Origin: Candidatus Aminicenantes bacterium
Lineage (GTDB): Bacteria; Acidobacteriota; Aminicenantia; Aminicenantales; CAVYOD01
Reading direction: 5' to 3'
Length of the DNA: 64,000 bases
Assembly: GCA_963701305.1 (NCBI GenBank)
Contig: OY969586.1
Location: forward strand, 1,865,509-1,929,508
The stretch's first letter is position 1, and the number at the start of each line of letters is the position of its first letter. The position numbers and the translations under genes were made by a program. Positions 49,056-57,449 of the stretch are shown here, one piece after another. The notes under the pieces are model-generated. The model did no database searches and had not been told where the DNA came from. It worked only from the letters and a program-made list of their open reading frames with translations.

Positions 49056-50429
49056 ATGAAAAAGAAAGTCCTCTTGCTCCATTGCCCTGGGGATAAGATC
49101 TATCTTCACGACCTTTACTGCAGTTATTCTACAAAGGCGAACTACTATTGGTCGCCTTCGGACTTGATCATTCTGAGTGGAGTCCTTCGCGGTCACGAAT
49201 TGGCTGTGATCGATGCCATAGCTGAGCGCTTGACTGAGGAAGAATGCGAAAGGAGGATCGCCGCTTTCGGGCCGGAGGCCATTGTTTTTGTAACGGGAAC
49301 AGCGACCCTGGAGAGTGATTTTGCCTTTGTGCAGAAAATAAAAAAGAACCGGGCCGTGAGACTCATCGCCTCGAGCGCTGTTTTTGTTTTTGAAATCAAC
49401 GGCTTCCACAAGACCTACCCATTTGTTGATGCCTTTATCCTGGACATCACGAGCCCGGAGATCGGAGATTTTATTGACGGGCAGGAAAAAGAATATCGGG
49501 CACTGGCCTACCGGAAGGGAGACACGCTCCGGGTCCCGCCGGCCAGAAAATCGAGGGGGCTCATTCATCTTCCGACTCCGCGGCATGAGCTCTTCAAGTT
49601 CTGTCTCAACAGAAGCCCCCTGGCCAAGCGAACCCCTTTTGCCGTCGTCATCGGCTCTCTGGGCTGTCCTTTTGGGTGCAAGTTCTGCGTCTCTGGTTCC
49701 GTTGACTACCAATATCGCAGTGTTGATGAGGTTCTTCAGGAAGTCGAGTATGTCCGTTCGCTCGGCATCAGGGAGATCATGTTCAATGATTCCACGTTCA
49801 CGGTTTCGCGGAAGCGGGTGATCGAGCTCTGTCAAAGAATGATTGGTCAAAACCTGGACCTCAGCTGGATATGCAACGCCCACGTAGCGACGATCTCCGA
49901 AGAGCTGATTGCGGCCATGCGGGAGGCGGGCTGCCACACGGTCATGATCGGAGTCGAGAGCGGAGAGAATGCAATCCTGGAGCGATGCGCCAAGAGGACG
50001 ACGACGGACCAGATCAAAAGCGCTTTTCTTCTTTGCAAAAAACACAGAGTGAAGACTCTGGCTTACTTCGTCATCGGCCTTCCGGGAGAAACCCGGGGAT
50101 CTGTGCTCGAGACGATCCGTTTCGCCAGGGAGCTTGATCCCGATTATGCCTCCTTTACCGTGCTCACTCCCGATATCGGTTCCGAGTTGCGCCGTGAGGC
50201 CATAGCCAAGGGTCGGCTGGATGAAAAAGCCCTCATTTTTGATAGCACGGCTTTCCCCGTCTTCGCCGCCGGAGACCTGAGCAAAGAGGCGATCTGGAGA
50301 TTGCGTCAGAAGGCCGTCCGCCATTTTTATCTCCGGCCGGCCTATCTCTTCAAAAGACTTACCGCCATCCGCTCTATCAGGGACGCGGCTCTGCTCATTG
50401 ACCAAGCCCGTTCGATGTTCCTGAAATAG
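49056..50429 (+). CDS. B12-binding domain radical SAM enzyme (class B)
   Basis: 457 aa. N-terminal B12-binding-like domain plus CxxxCxxC (CPFGCKFC) radical SAM core. Confidence 0.8.
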   Translation: MKKKVLLLHCPGDKIYLHDLYCSYSTKANYYWSPSDLIILSGVLRGHELAVIDAIAERLTEEECERRIAAFGPEAIVFVTGTATLESDFAFVQKIKKNRAVRLIASSAVFVFEINGFHKTYPFVDAFILDITSPEIGDFIDGQEKEYRALAYRKGDTLRVPPARKSRGLIHLPTPRHELFKFCLNRSPLAKRTPFAVVIGSLGCPFGCKFCVSGSVDYQYRSVDEVLQEVEYVRSLGIREIMFNDSTFTVSRKRVIELCQRMIGQNLDLSWICNAHVATISEELIAAMREAGCHTVMIGVESGENAILERCAKRTTTDQIKSAFLLCKKHRVKTLAYFVIGLPGETRGSVLETIRFARELDPDYASFTVLTPDIGSELRREAIAKGRLDEKALIFDSTAFPVFAAGDLSKEAIWRLRQKAVRHFYLRPAYLFKRLTAIRSIRDAALLIDQARSMFLK

Positions 50430-50524
50430 AAACGGCGGCGACGATAGGTCATAAGCCGCTGGCGTGCGTTCTCTCCCAGGCTCTTGTCTTTGGGCCGGAG
50501 TTGTGGCATAAATAGAGACTCCGA

Positions 50525-51640
50525 GTGCCGTCACGGCCCCGATTCATGCTCAGGAATGATTGCCGCTATTTTAGAGGAGACAAGCCCTGCCGTTTCAAAA
50601 TCGTCTGTGATGACTGCTCGCATTTTGCTCCCTCCTCCCATAAAATCCTGATCGTCAAATGCCGGGCGCAGGGCGATGTCCTCAGGACGACACCGCTCCT
50701 CCCCGCCCTCAAACGAAAATATCCGCAGGCTTTGATTTCCTGGCTCGTCGATGAGGAGAGCGTGGAACTTCTCCAGAATAATCAGGACATCGACCGTCTT
50801 TATCCTCTCAGATGGGAAGATACCCTGCCCTTAACCGTCGAAAAATTTGACACCCTCATCTCGCTTGACAAGGAACCAGCCCTGGCCTCCCTGGCGACCA
50901 AGATCTCTTCTTCCCAGAAATTCGGGTTCGGGATGAATGAGTTCGGAAACCTGATGATTTTCAACCCGGCGGCCGAATATGCCTTCCGCCTGGGCGTCGA
51001 CGACGATCTCAAATTCCGCCGGAATCAGAAGACCTATCAGAAAATCATACATGAAGTGGCCGAGGTCGAATTTCGGAATGACGACTACGTTTTCGCGCTC
51101 GCGGAGAAAGACAAAAAAAAGGCCAAAGAATTCTTTAGGAAGCACAGAATCCCCTCCAGAAAACCAGCCATTGGACTCAACACCGGCGCGGGAACGAAAT
51201 TTGAGACGAAGCAGTGGCCCGCCGAATTCTTCCTCCAACTGATCCGACTTCTGGAGGCCAAGCTCGAGGCCAATATTTTTCTGCTGGGGGGGCAAAAGGA
51301 GAGAGAGTTCAATAGCGACCTCGAGAGGAGAGCCGGGGGCGGGGTCTTTAACACCGGCAATGACAATTCGCTGCTCGAGTTTGCCGGATTTCTTTCCCTG
51401 ATGGACCTGGTTGTCACCTCGGACACGCTGGGGATGCATCTGGCCATAGCTCTGAAGAAAAAAGTGGTCGTTCTTTTCGGCCCCACCTGCCCCCAGGAGA
51501 TCGAGCTCTACGGTCGGGGCACAAAGATCTTTCAGGGCATACCCTGCTCGCCCTGCTATAAACAGACTTGTCCGGACCCTCGATGCATGCGAGAAATCTC
51601 GCCGCGCCGAGTCTTCAACAAGATAAAAACCCTGGTCTGA
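50525..51640 (+). CDS. GT9 glycosyltransferase (ADP-heptose:LPS heptosyltransferase family)
   Basis: GT9 N-terminal motif (ILIVKCRAQGDVLRTTPLL) and C-terminal GT-B region (…SDTLGMHLAIAL…). Extra Cys-rich N- and C-termini. The start may be an internal Met. Confidence 0.75.
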   Translation: MPSRPRFMLRNDCRYFRGDKPCRFKIVCDDCSHFAPSSHKILIVKCRAQGDVLRTTPLLPALKRKYPQALISWLVDEESVELLQNNQDIDRLYPLRWEDTLPLTVEKFDTLISLDKEPALASLATKISSSQKFGFGMNEFGNLMIFNPAAEYAFRLGVDDDLKFRRNQKTYQKIIHEVAEVEFRNDDYVFALAEKDKKKAKEFFRKHRIPSRKPAIGLNTGAGTKFETKQWPAEFFLQLIRLLEAKLEANIFLLGGQKEREFNSDLERRAGGGVFNTGNDNSLLEFAGFLSLMDLVVTSDTLGMHLAIALKKKVVVLFGPTCPQEIELYGRGTKIFQGIPCSPCYKQTCPDPRCMREISPRRVFNKIKTLV

Positions 51641-51646
51641 GGGACG

Positions 51647-52399
51647 ATGGAAGGACAAACAAAAAAACGGTGTGTCGTCACCATCCCGACCTACAACGAA
51701 AAAGAGAATATCGCCGAAGTCCTGCGGGAGATTCTTGACCTTCCCCTTCCGGGCTATGACTTGATGGTCCTGGTGGTCGATGATAACTCTCCGGACGGCA
51801 CGGCCCAAGAGGCTGCCCGGCTGGCCCAATCAGACGGTCGCGTTCGGCTCCTCGTCAGGACCAAGCGCCGAGGACGCGGCGCCGCCGGGATCGACGGATT
51901 CCGGACAGCCCTTGGGCTCCATCCCGACCGGGTCATCGAAATGGACGGCGACCTTTCTCACCAGCCGCGCTTCATCCCTTCTCTCCTCGCCGCGAGCGAT
52001 TCCTACGATATCGTCCTCGGCTCCCGGTTTGTCCAGGGGGGAAAAGACGCCGACCGCAATATTGTCCGCAGGATCATCACTTCTCTCGTCCGCAAGTTCA
52101 TCCGATACCAATTCCACTTTCCCGTCCGCGATGTCTCTTCCGGTTTCCGCTGCTTCAATGCCCAAGTCCTCGAACGGATCGACCTAGATGACATGATTTC
52201 AGTCGGGCCTTCGATCGTCCAGGAAGTTCTCTACAAAGCCTCCCTCCTCGGCTTCAAGATGGGCGAAGTGCCCATCACCTTCCTCGACCGCAAAAGAGGG
52301 AAGACCAAGCTGAGCTTTTTGACCTTGCTCGAAACCCTGATCATGGTGCTGAAGTTCAAGAAGCAGTATGCCAGTCTCTCCCAAGCCAAGGCATCTTGA
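51647..52399 (+). CDS. GT2 polyprenyl-phosphate mannose/hexose synthase (Dpm1/Ppm1-like)
   Basis: 250 aa. GT-A DxD (VVDDNSPDGT…EMDGDLSH). Soluble Dpm1-like architecture. Confidence 0.8.
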   Translation: MEGQTKKRCVVTIPTYNEKENIAEVLREILDLPLPGYDLMVLVVDDNSPDGTAQEAARLAQSDGRVRLLVRTKRRGRGAAGIDGFRTALGLHPDRVIEMDGDLSHQPRFIPSLLAASDSYDIVLGSRFVQGGKDADRNIVRRIITSLVRKFIRYQFHFPVRDVSSGFRCFNAQVLERIDLDDMISVGPSIVQEVLYKASLLGFKMGEVPITFLDRKRGKTKLSFLTLLETLIMVLKFKKQYASLSQAKAS

Positions 52400-52421
52400 A
52401 AACTCCCCGGCCATAAAAACA

Positions 52422-53243
52422 ATGAAAAAGAGCAGACGCCACGCCTTGGGACAGCACTTCCTGGTCAACTCCGGAGTTCTTAAAAAAATCATTCAGGCGA
52501 TTGATCCGCGAAGTGGCGACCTCATTATCGAGATAGGTCCGGGCCGGGGGGCACTGACGATTCCGCTGGCTGAACGAGCCGGCCGGATCATCGCGATCGA
52601 AAAGGATAAGGTTCTGGCCGAGCGACTCAAGAGCGGGGAGATCACGAATCTCAAGGTTCTGGAAGCCGACGTTTTGAAAATCGATCTCAACAATATTCTC
52701 GCCCTGGAGAATGCGGCCGGTGACCGGGTGAAACTCGTCGGGAATTTGCCTTATTCGATCTCTTCTCCGCTGCTCTTCCGAGTCCTGGCTCAAAAAAGCC
52801 TCCTTCCCGAGTGTGTTTTCCTCCTCCAGAAGGAGGTGGCCGAGAGGATCTGCGCTTCGCCGGGCTCCAAAAAATATGCTCCACTCAGCGTCCTTTTTCA
52901 AATCTATTTCGCGGTCCGCCTCCACTTTGTTGTCTCGGCCGGGTCCTTCTCTCCCCCTCCCAGGGTAGAATCGGCCCTCGTCTCCCTACGGAGACGGCCC
53001 GAGCCGCTTTTTGAGGTCAAGGACGAAGAGGGGTTCCAGAAATTCCTCAGGGTGGCATTTGGCCATCGCCGCAAAACCCTGCTGAAGAATCTTCGGGAAC
53101 TCAACCTTGAGCCTGCTCCTCTGGGTGACGGCTACGGGACGTTTCGGCTGAGCCGGCTGGCCCGGCCGGAAGAGCTCACCATCTCGCAGTTTGTCGATCT
53201 CTACAACTTTCTGTTCAAGACGGAGAGCGCGACTGTTGCCTGA
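52422..53243 (+). CDS. rsmA: 16S rRNA (adenine1518/1519-N6)-dimethyltransferase
   Basis: KsgA motifs (GQHFL…, EIGPGRGALT, NLPY). Start taken at the internal Met (MKKSRRH…). Confidence 0.88.
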   Translation: MKKSRRHALGQHFLVNSGVLKKIIQAIDPRSGDLIIEIGPGRGALTIPLAERAGRIIAIEKDKVLAERLKSGEITNLKVLEADVLKIDLNNILALENAAGDRVKLVGNLPYSISSPLLFRVLAQKSLLPECVFLLQKEVAERICASPGSKKYAPLSVLFQIYFAVRLHFVVSAGSFSPPPRVESALVSLRRRPEPLFEVKDEEGFQKFLRVAFGHRRKTLLKNLRELNLEPAPLGDGYGTFRLSRLARPEELTISQFVDLYNFLFKTESATVA

Positions 53244-53287
53244 ACGGCCGGGGCATGGTATAAATTCCAGAGAAACCAAAAAATCCG

Positions 53288-54265
53288 ATGACCAGAATGG
53301 ACTATTTCCGTCGGCTCTTCCGGATCTTTTTTGCTTACAAGGGGAAAAAGACCCGGCTCGACTACCTCCCGATCCGCTTGTGGGTCGAGCCCACGAACTG
53401 CTGTAACCTCGCCTGTGTCATGTGTCCCAACAAGAGTCTGCCCGAAGAGAAAAAGGGTTTTATGGAATTCACACTGTTCCAAAAGGTCATTGACGAGGCC
53501 AGGGATTTTGTGTTCGACGTCAACCTCCTTCATCGAGGCGAAGCCCTGCTTCACCCCGAATTCTTTAGGATGGTCCGCTATGCGCACGAGGCAGGACTCT
53601 TCACCAAGTTCCACACCAACGGGACCCTGTTGGATGAATCGAGATCCTACGAACTCATCCATTCGGGGATCGACCAGTTTACCTTTTCCTTCGACGGCTA
53701 TGACCAAAAAACTTATGAGAGCATTCGGGTCAATGCCGGATTTGAAAAAACAGTCGAAAATATCCTCGGTTTCCTTCAGATCAAGAAGAGCCTGAGGGTC
53801 AAAAAACCCTATACCATCCTCGAGCTGATCAATTTCCCCGAAATCTACAGGCAGGTATCCCGGGCGCAGAGGCGGGAATTCCTGAATCGATTCAAGGGCC
53901 TTCCCTTGGACAGGATGATTGTCAAAGAAATTCACAACTGGGCCGGCGAAATCGCGGCCGCCCGAGGATCCAAGAGTTACCTCCCCTGCACTTTTCTGTG
54001 GCAGGCTCTGGTCATTTTCTGGGACGGAGAAATCCTCCCCTGCGCCCAGGACTTCCAGGGATATTACTCTCTCGGAAATATCCGAGATTCCAAGCTGGAA
54101 GAGATATGGAACGGGGAGCGGCTGGTCACGCTGAGAAAAAAGATTTTGGAGCGGGACATCGAAGGCCTGAAAACTTGTGCCGGCTGCGACAGGCTCTGGC
54201 GCGATCAGATCTTTGGGATTCCCAAAGAGAACCTCTGGAAATTCCTCTTCAAGAAAATGCCCTGA
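53288..54265 (+). CDS. Radical SAM protein with C-terminal SPASM-like Cys cluster
   Basis: CxxxCxxC (CNLACVMC) near the N-terminus. C-terminal CxxC…C motifs (…LPCAQDF…CAGCDRLW). Confidence 0.75.
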   Translation: MTRMDYFRRLFRIFFAYKGKKTRLDYLPIRLWVEPTNCCNLACVMCPNKSLPEEKKGFMEFTLFQKVIDEARDFVFDVNLLHRGEALLHPEFFRMVRYAHEAGLFTKFHTNGTLLDESRSYELIHSGIDQFTFSFDGYDQKTYESIRVNAGFEKTVENILGFLQIKKSLRVKKPYTILELINFPEIYRQVSRAQRREFLNRFKGLPLDRMIVKEIHNWAGEIAAARGSKSYLPCTFLWQALVIFWDGEILPCAQDFQGYYSLGNIRDSKLEEIWNGERLVTLRKKILERDIEGLKTCAGCDRLWRDQIFGIPKENLWKFLFKKMP

Positions 54266-54284
54266 CGATGCCGGAATGGGAAGA

Positions 54285-55238
54285 CTAATTCCAGTCAGGA
54301 AAGACCGCTCTTCCGGGGACGTCTAACAAGAGGGTCACTTTTTTGGTCGCCACGTTGACAAGATAGAGCTTCCAATCTCCTTCTTGGGCATAGTGGCTCT
54401 TGGCATTTGAACAAAAGACGATCCATTTTCTGTCGGGCGACCAGGCCGGAAAATAGTTATAGCCCTTGATCGCTTCAGTCAGCCGGGTCTCCCCGGTTCC
54501 GTCCGGATTCATCATCGAAATATCACTTTTTCCGTCCCGCCGGGAGGAGACGAAGACGATTTTCTCCCCGTCTTGGGAAAAGCGAGGCCGGCAGCCTCGT
54601 CCTCCCTCCGTCAGGCTCTTGTATTCTCTTTTCTCCAGGTCAAACACAAAAACGTCCCAGCCTCTCATCCTGCCTCCCGTAAAAGCCATCAAGGGGGCCT
54701 TGGGAGAAAAATTGGGCAGAGCCGTCGAGCCTGAAAAGTCGGGAATGATTTTTTCGCTCTTTTTCGAGAGGAGGTCGATCATCCAGAGCGTGTAGCTTTT
54801 GAAAATGCCTTTTTTTCTCATCTCCGTGTAGGCGATCTTTTTTCCGTCGGGTGCCCAGGCCATCTCAAACTCATCCCGTGGAGAAGCGGCCACAGGAGTC
54901 ATGTTCGTGCCGTCATCGTTCATCACATAGACATCATAATTATCCCGGGGGCTTGCCGCGAAGGCGATTCTTCTTCCCTCGGGAGACCAGAGTGGATACT
55001 CGCTCCTCCAGGAGTGTTCGGTTATTTTCTTTAATCCGTCACTGGTCAGGAGGTAAATTTCGTTGTGGCCGGACAGATCCGACTGGAAAACAATCCTTCC
55101 GTGAAAGGAAATCAGGGGCTTCACGAGGCTCAGGTCGGCGGGTTTCTTTCCCGGCTCCGCCTGGCTGTCCCTTGGTTTTTCAGAACAGCCCAGATTCGCC
55201 ACCACGGTCAAAACCAAAAGATAAATCCTAATGCTCAT
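54285..55238 (-). CDS. PD40/TolB-like beta-propeller lipoprotein
   Basis: Lipoprotein signal (…VVANLGCSE) at the internal Met. The ORF-track N-terminal extension overlaps the upstream gene. Repeated PD40 units (WSPEGRRIAF, WAPDGKKIAY, WSPDRKWIVF). Confidence 0.7.
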   Translation of the reverse strand: MSIRIYLLVLTVVANLGCSEKPRDSQAEPGKKPADLSLVKPLISFHGRIVFQSDLSGHNEIYLLTSDGLKKITEHSWRSEYPLWSPEGRRIAFAASPRDNYDVYVMNDDGTNMTPVAASPRDEFEMAWAPDGKKIAYTEMRKKGIFKSYTLWMIDLLSKKSEKIIPDFSGSTALPNFSPKAPLMAFTGGRMRGWDVFVFDLEKREYKSLTEGGRGCRPRFSQDGEKIVFVSSRRDGKSDISMMNPDGTGETRLTEAIKGYNYFPAWSPDRKWIVFCSNAKSHYAQEGDWKLYLVNVATKKVTLLLDVPGRAVFPDWN

Positions 55239-55386
55239 TCTTGCCTTTACTCCTGAGTGCGTCTCTTGGCGCGGGTTCTCAAATAACCGCGGCGCGGTCT
55301 GTTCCGGCCGGCGCTGAGCGTCCACGACGATCCGTTTTTTTTCTTCCCGGTCGAAGCAACAGAGGGATTGGCTGGCTCCGGCAGAA

Positions 55387-55983
55387 TCAGAATACGAGCG
55401 CCAGGCCAATCGCGTATTCCAGGCCGCCGAGCTGCAGTGTGCGGTTGGAGCCGTGAGCCTGGGCGGTCGTGTATTTGAACTTCAGGTTTAACCAGACGGG
55501 GATTCTCTTGGAGGCCTGAAAATATGTCCCCACCTGAAAATGATATCCCTGCGCATAATTGGTTGCTGTTCCGATGGGATTATCCTCATAATAAAAATAG
55601 TAGTCAGCCCCAATCCCGACGTAAGGAAAAAACCAGGTTGTTGGATAGATGTAGCGAACGCCAAGGGTAAGCGGAAACAGATAAAAATCCGTTTTTGCCT
55701 TGCTGAAGGTCAGCTCCCCCGTCTTGTGCCAGCCCTTGAACTCGAGATAGACATTGAAGTTTGAAACCAGATACGCTGAAAGCACAAGTCCCCTGATAGC
55801 GCCCCCCGTTTGATAGACTTTTTTGAATTGATCATCATTAGGAGTGAAGCCGCCAAGCAAGAACTCGACCGTCCCCTGTCGCCTGTCAGCGGCCAGCGAG
55901 GAGAAGCTCAAGAGCCCGCTCAGGAAGAAAAAAGACAAGAGAAGAATCGCCGTTCGCTCGGCCAGATTTTTCTTTATCTCCAA
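55387..55983 (-). CDS. Small outer-membrane beta-barrel protein
   Basis: Signal peptide, alternating amphipathic beta-strands rich in Tyr/Gly, C-terminal aromatic (…LALVF). Confidence 0.6.
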   Translation of the reverse strand: MEIKKNLAERTAILLLSFFFLSGLLSFSSLAADRRQGTVEFLLGGFTPNDDQFKKVYQTGGAIRGLVLSAYLVSNFNVYLEFKGWHKTGELTFSKAKTDFYLFPLTLGVRYIYPTTWFFPYVGIGADYYFYYEDNPIGTATNYAQGYHFQVGTYFQASKRIPVWLNLKFKYTTAQAHGSNRTLQLGGLEYAIGLALVF

Positions 55984-56014
55984 AGAAGCCTCAATCCTTT
56001 AGTCGAGATTTCCT

Positions 56015-57304
56015 CTAAAAGTTATATTTGAGTCCCAGAACAAACTGGATTTGAGAAAAATTGGCTTTCCGGGCGAGGTTTTTGATATTCGGGTTGAGAT
56101 AGATCACCCGGCCATCCAGGTCCAAGGACAATCTCGGGCTGATCGAGTATTCCAGGCTGGCTTGTGCTCCGAAAAGGAGGCTCGAGATGTTGTCCTCGGC
56201 ATATGTTTTGTCAGTGACGGTGACGTCGGAATTTCCGAAGGGGAAATTATCCGTGATGTTGAAGTCCTGAAGAGACAAATATCTTCCTGAGGCAAAACCC
56301 AGGGCAGGCCCCGCAGACACGCTAAACCTCTCCCCTCCCATGACCGGATAGAGACCGTAAAGATAAAAATAAAACAGCTTGTCTTGAAGGTTGTCTTCGC
56401 TCGATACCGTTCGCGGGTTGTTGGGGATAAAAGGATGAGGCAGGGACAGGTCAAGAGTCGCCTTATATTTGAACTGATAATACCCTAATCCGATCCCGGC
56501 TTTGATCTCTTTTCCCACCATCTTGAAATATCTGCCGAAGCCGAGCTCTGCAAGAAGAACCGATCTGAGCTTGTAGCTTTCTTTTATGGAACCAACCTCT
56601 CCATAAAGGTTGAGATCTTCCTGGAATTGAGTCGCCGACGCAAGGGGCAATACGATTCCACCTCCGACCTGGAGGAAATAGCCTTTTCCCTCTTGGCGCG
56701 TCTGCGGAACTTCCTCGACGGCTTTTTCGGGCTTCTTGTCGGCTGCGATTTTCTTTTCGGTCGTCTCCTTCAAAGTTTCCTTTGTCTTAGATTCAGCGAC
56801 TTCGGTCTTCACCACGGGAGCAACGTCTTCTTCTTTTTTGGGTACTTCGGCCTCGGCCGGGGCCTGGGCGGCTTCCTGCCAGAAAACAACCTTCAGGCCG
56901 TCCTCGACCTGAGAAATCCGATGAAGAGGACCTTTTTCGTCGAGGTCACAGACGACCCGGGCCAGCTTAGGCTGGAATTGTCCGACCCGAACGGTCAAGA
57001 CGCCGACGTCGTTGATCTGCAGGAGAGCTTCCGAAGATATTTTTTCAACTGAAGAAAGGTCGATCACCAGGCGGTTGGGAGAGCTGAGCTCGAATATTTC
57101 AAAACCGAATTTCCCCTGGATCTTGATATCAACCTCAAGCTGTCCTCCTACCTTGTTATAGCTGATTTCCTTTAGTTCCGAACTATGCTGAAAGTTGAAA
57201 TTGGCTCCAAATGTCTGGGTTTGTCCGAAGAAAAAGATGATGGCCAAGCCAGAGATGAGCCATTTTGACGTGTTTCTCAAGTCGACCTCCGTACTCAAAT
57301 ACAA
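56015..57304 (-). CDS. Outer-membrane protein with N-terminal AMIN domain and C-terminal beta-barrel
   Basis: Signal peptide. AMIN-like region (…NRLVIDLSSVE…VGVLTVRVGQF…). Lys/Glu/Pro-rich linker. C-terminal barrel ending …LGLKYNF. Confidence 0.6.
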   Translation of the reverse strand: MYLSTEVDLRNTSKWLISGLAIIFFFGQTQTFGANFNFQHSSELKEISYNKVGGQLEVDIKIQGKFGFEIFELSSPNRLVIDLSSVEKISSEALLQINDVGVLTVRVGQFQPKLARVVCDLDEKGPLHRISQVEDGLKVVFWQEAAQAPAEAEVPKKEEDVAPVVKTEVAESKTKETLKETTEKKIAADKKPEKAVEEVPQTRQEGKGYFLQVGGGIVLPLASATQFQEDLNLYGEVGSIKESYKLRSVLLAELGFGRYFKMVGKEIKAGIGLGYYQFKYKATLDLSLPHPFIPNNPRTVSSEDNLQDKLFYFYLYGLYPVMGGERFSVSAGPALGFASGRYLSLQDFNITDNFPFGNSDVTVTDKTYAEDNISSLLFGAQASLEYSISPRLSLDLDGRVIYLNPNIKNLARKANFSQIQFVLGLKYNF

Positions 57305-57449
57305 TCAAACCGACAAATCACTATAGCACAGTCTTGATCTTTTTTTAATTTGTTTTTGCCGCTCGCGCGACTAAATATATAGAGGCAGGAAGGTCTGTCC
57401 TGAAAAAAGGTTTGACAAGATCAAAAAAAATGACGCAACATATAACGAC

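Noticed and set aside
57412-57440. TTGACA upstream of the 57450 gene as a promoter
   Set aside because: The nearest -10-like hexamer (catata/tataac) gives a 20–21-nt spacer, which is too long for a confident sigma-70 call.
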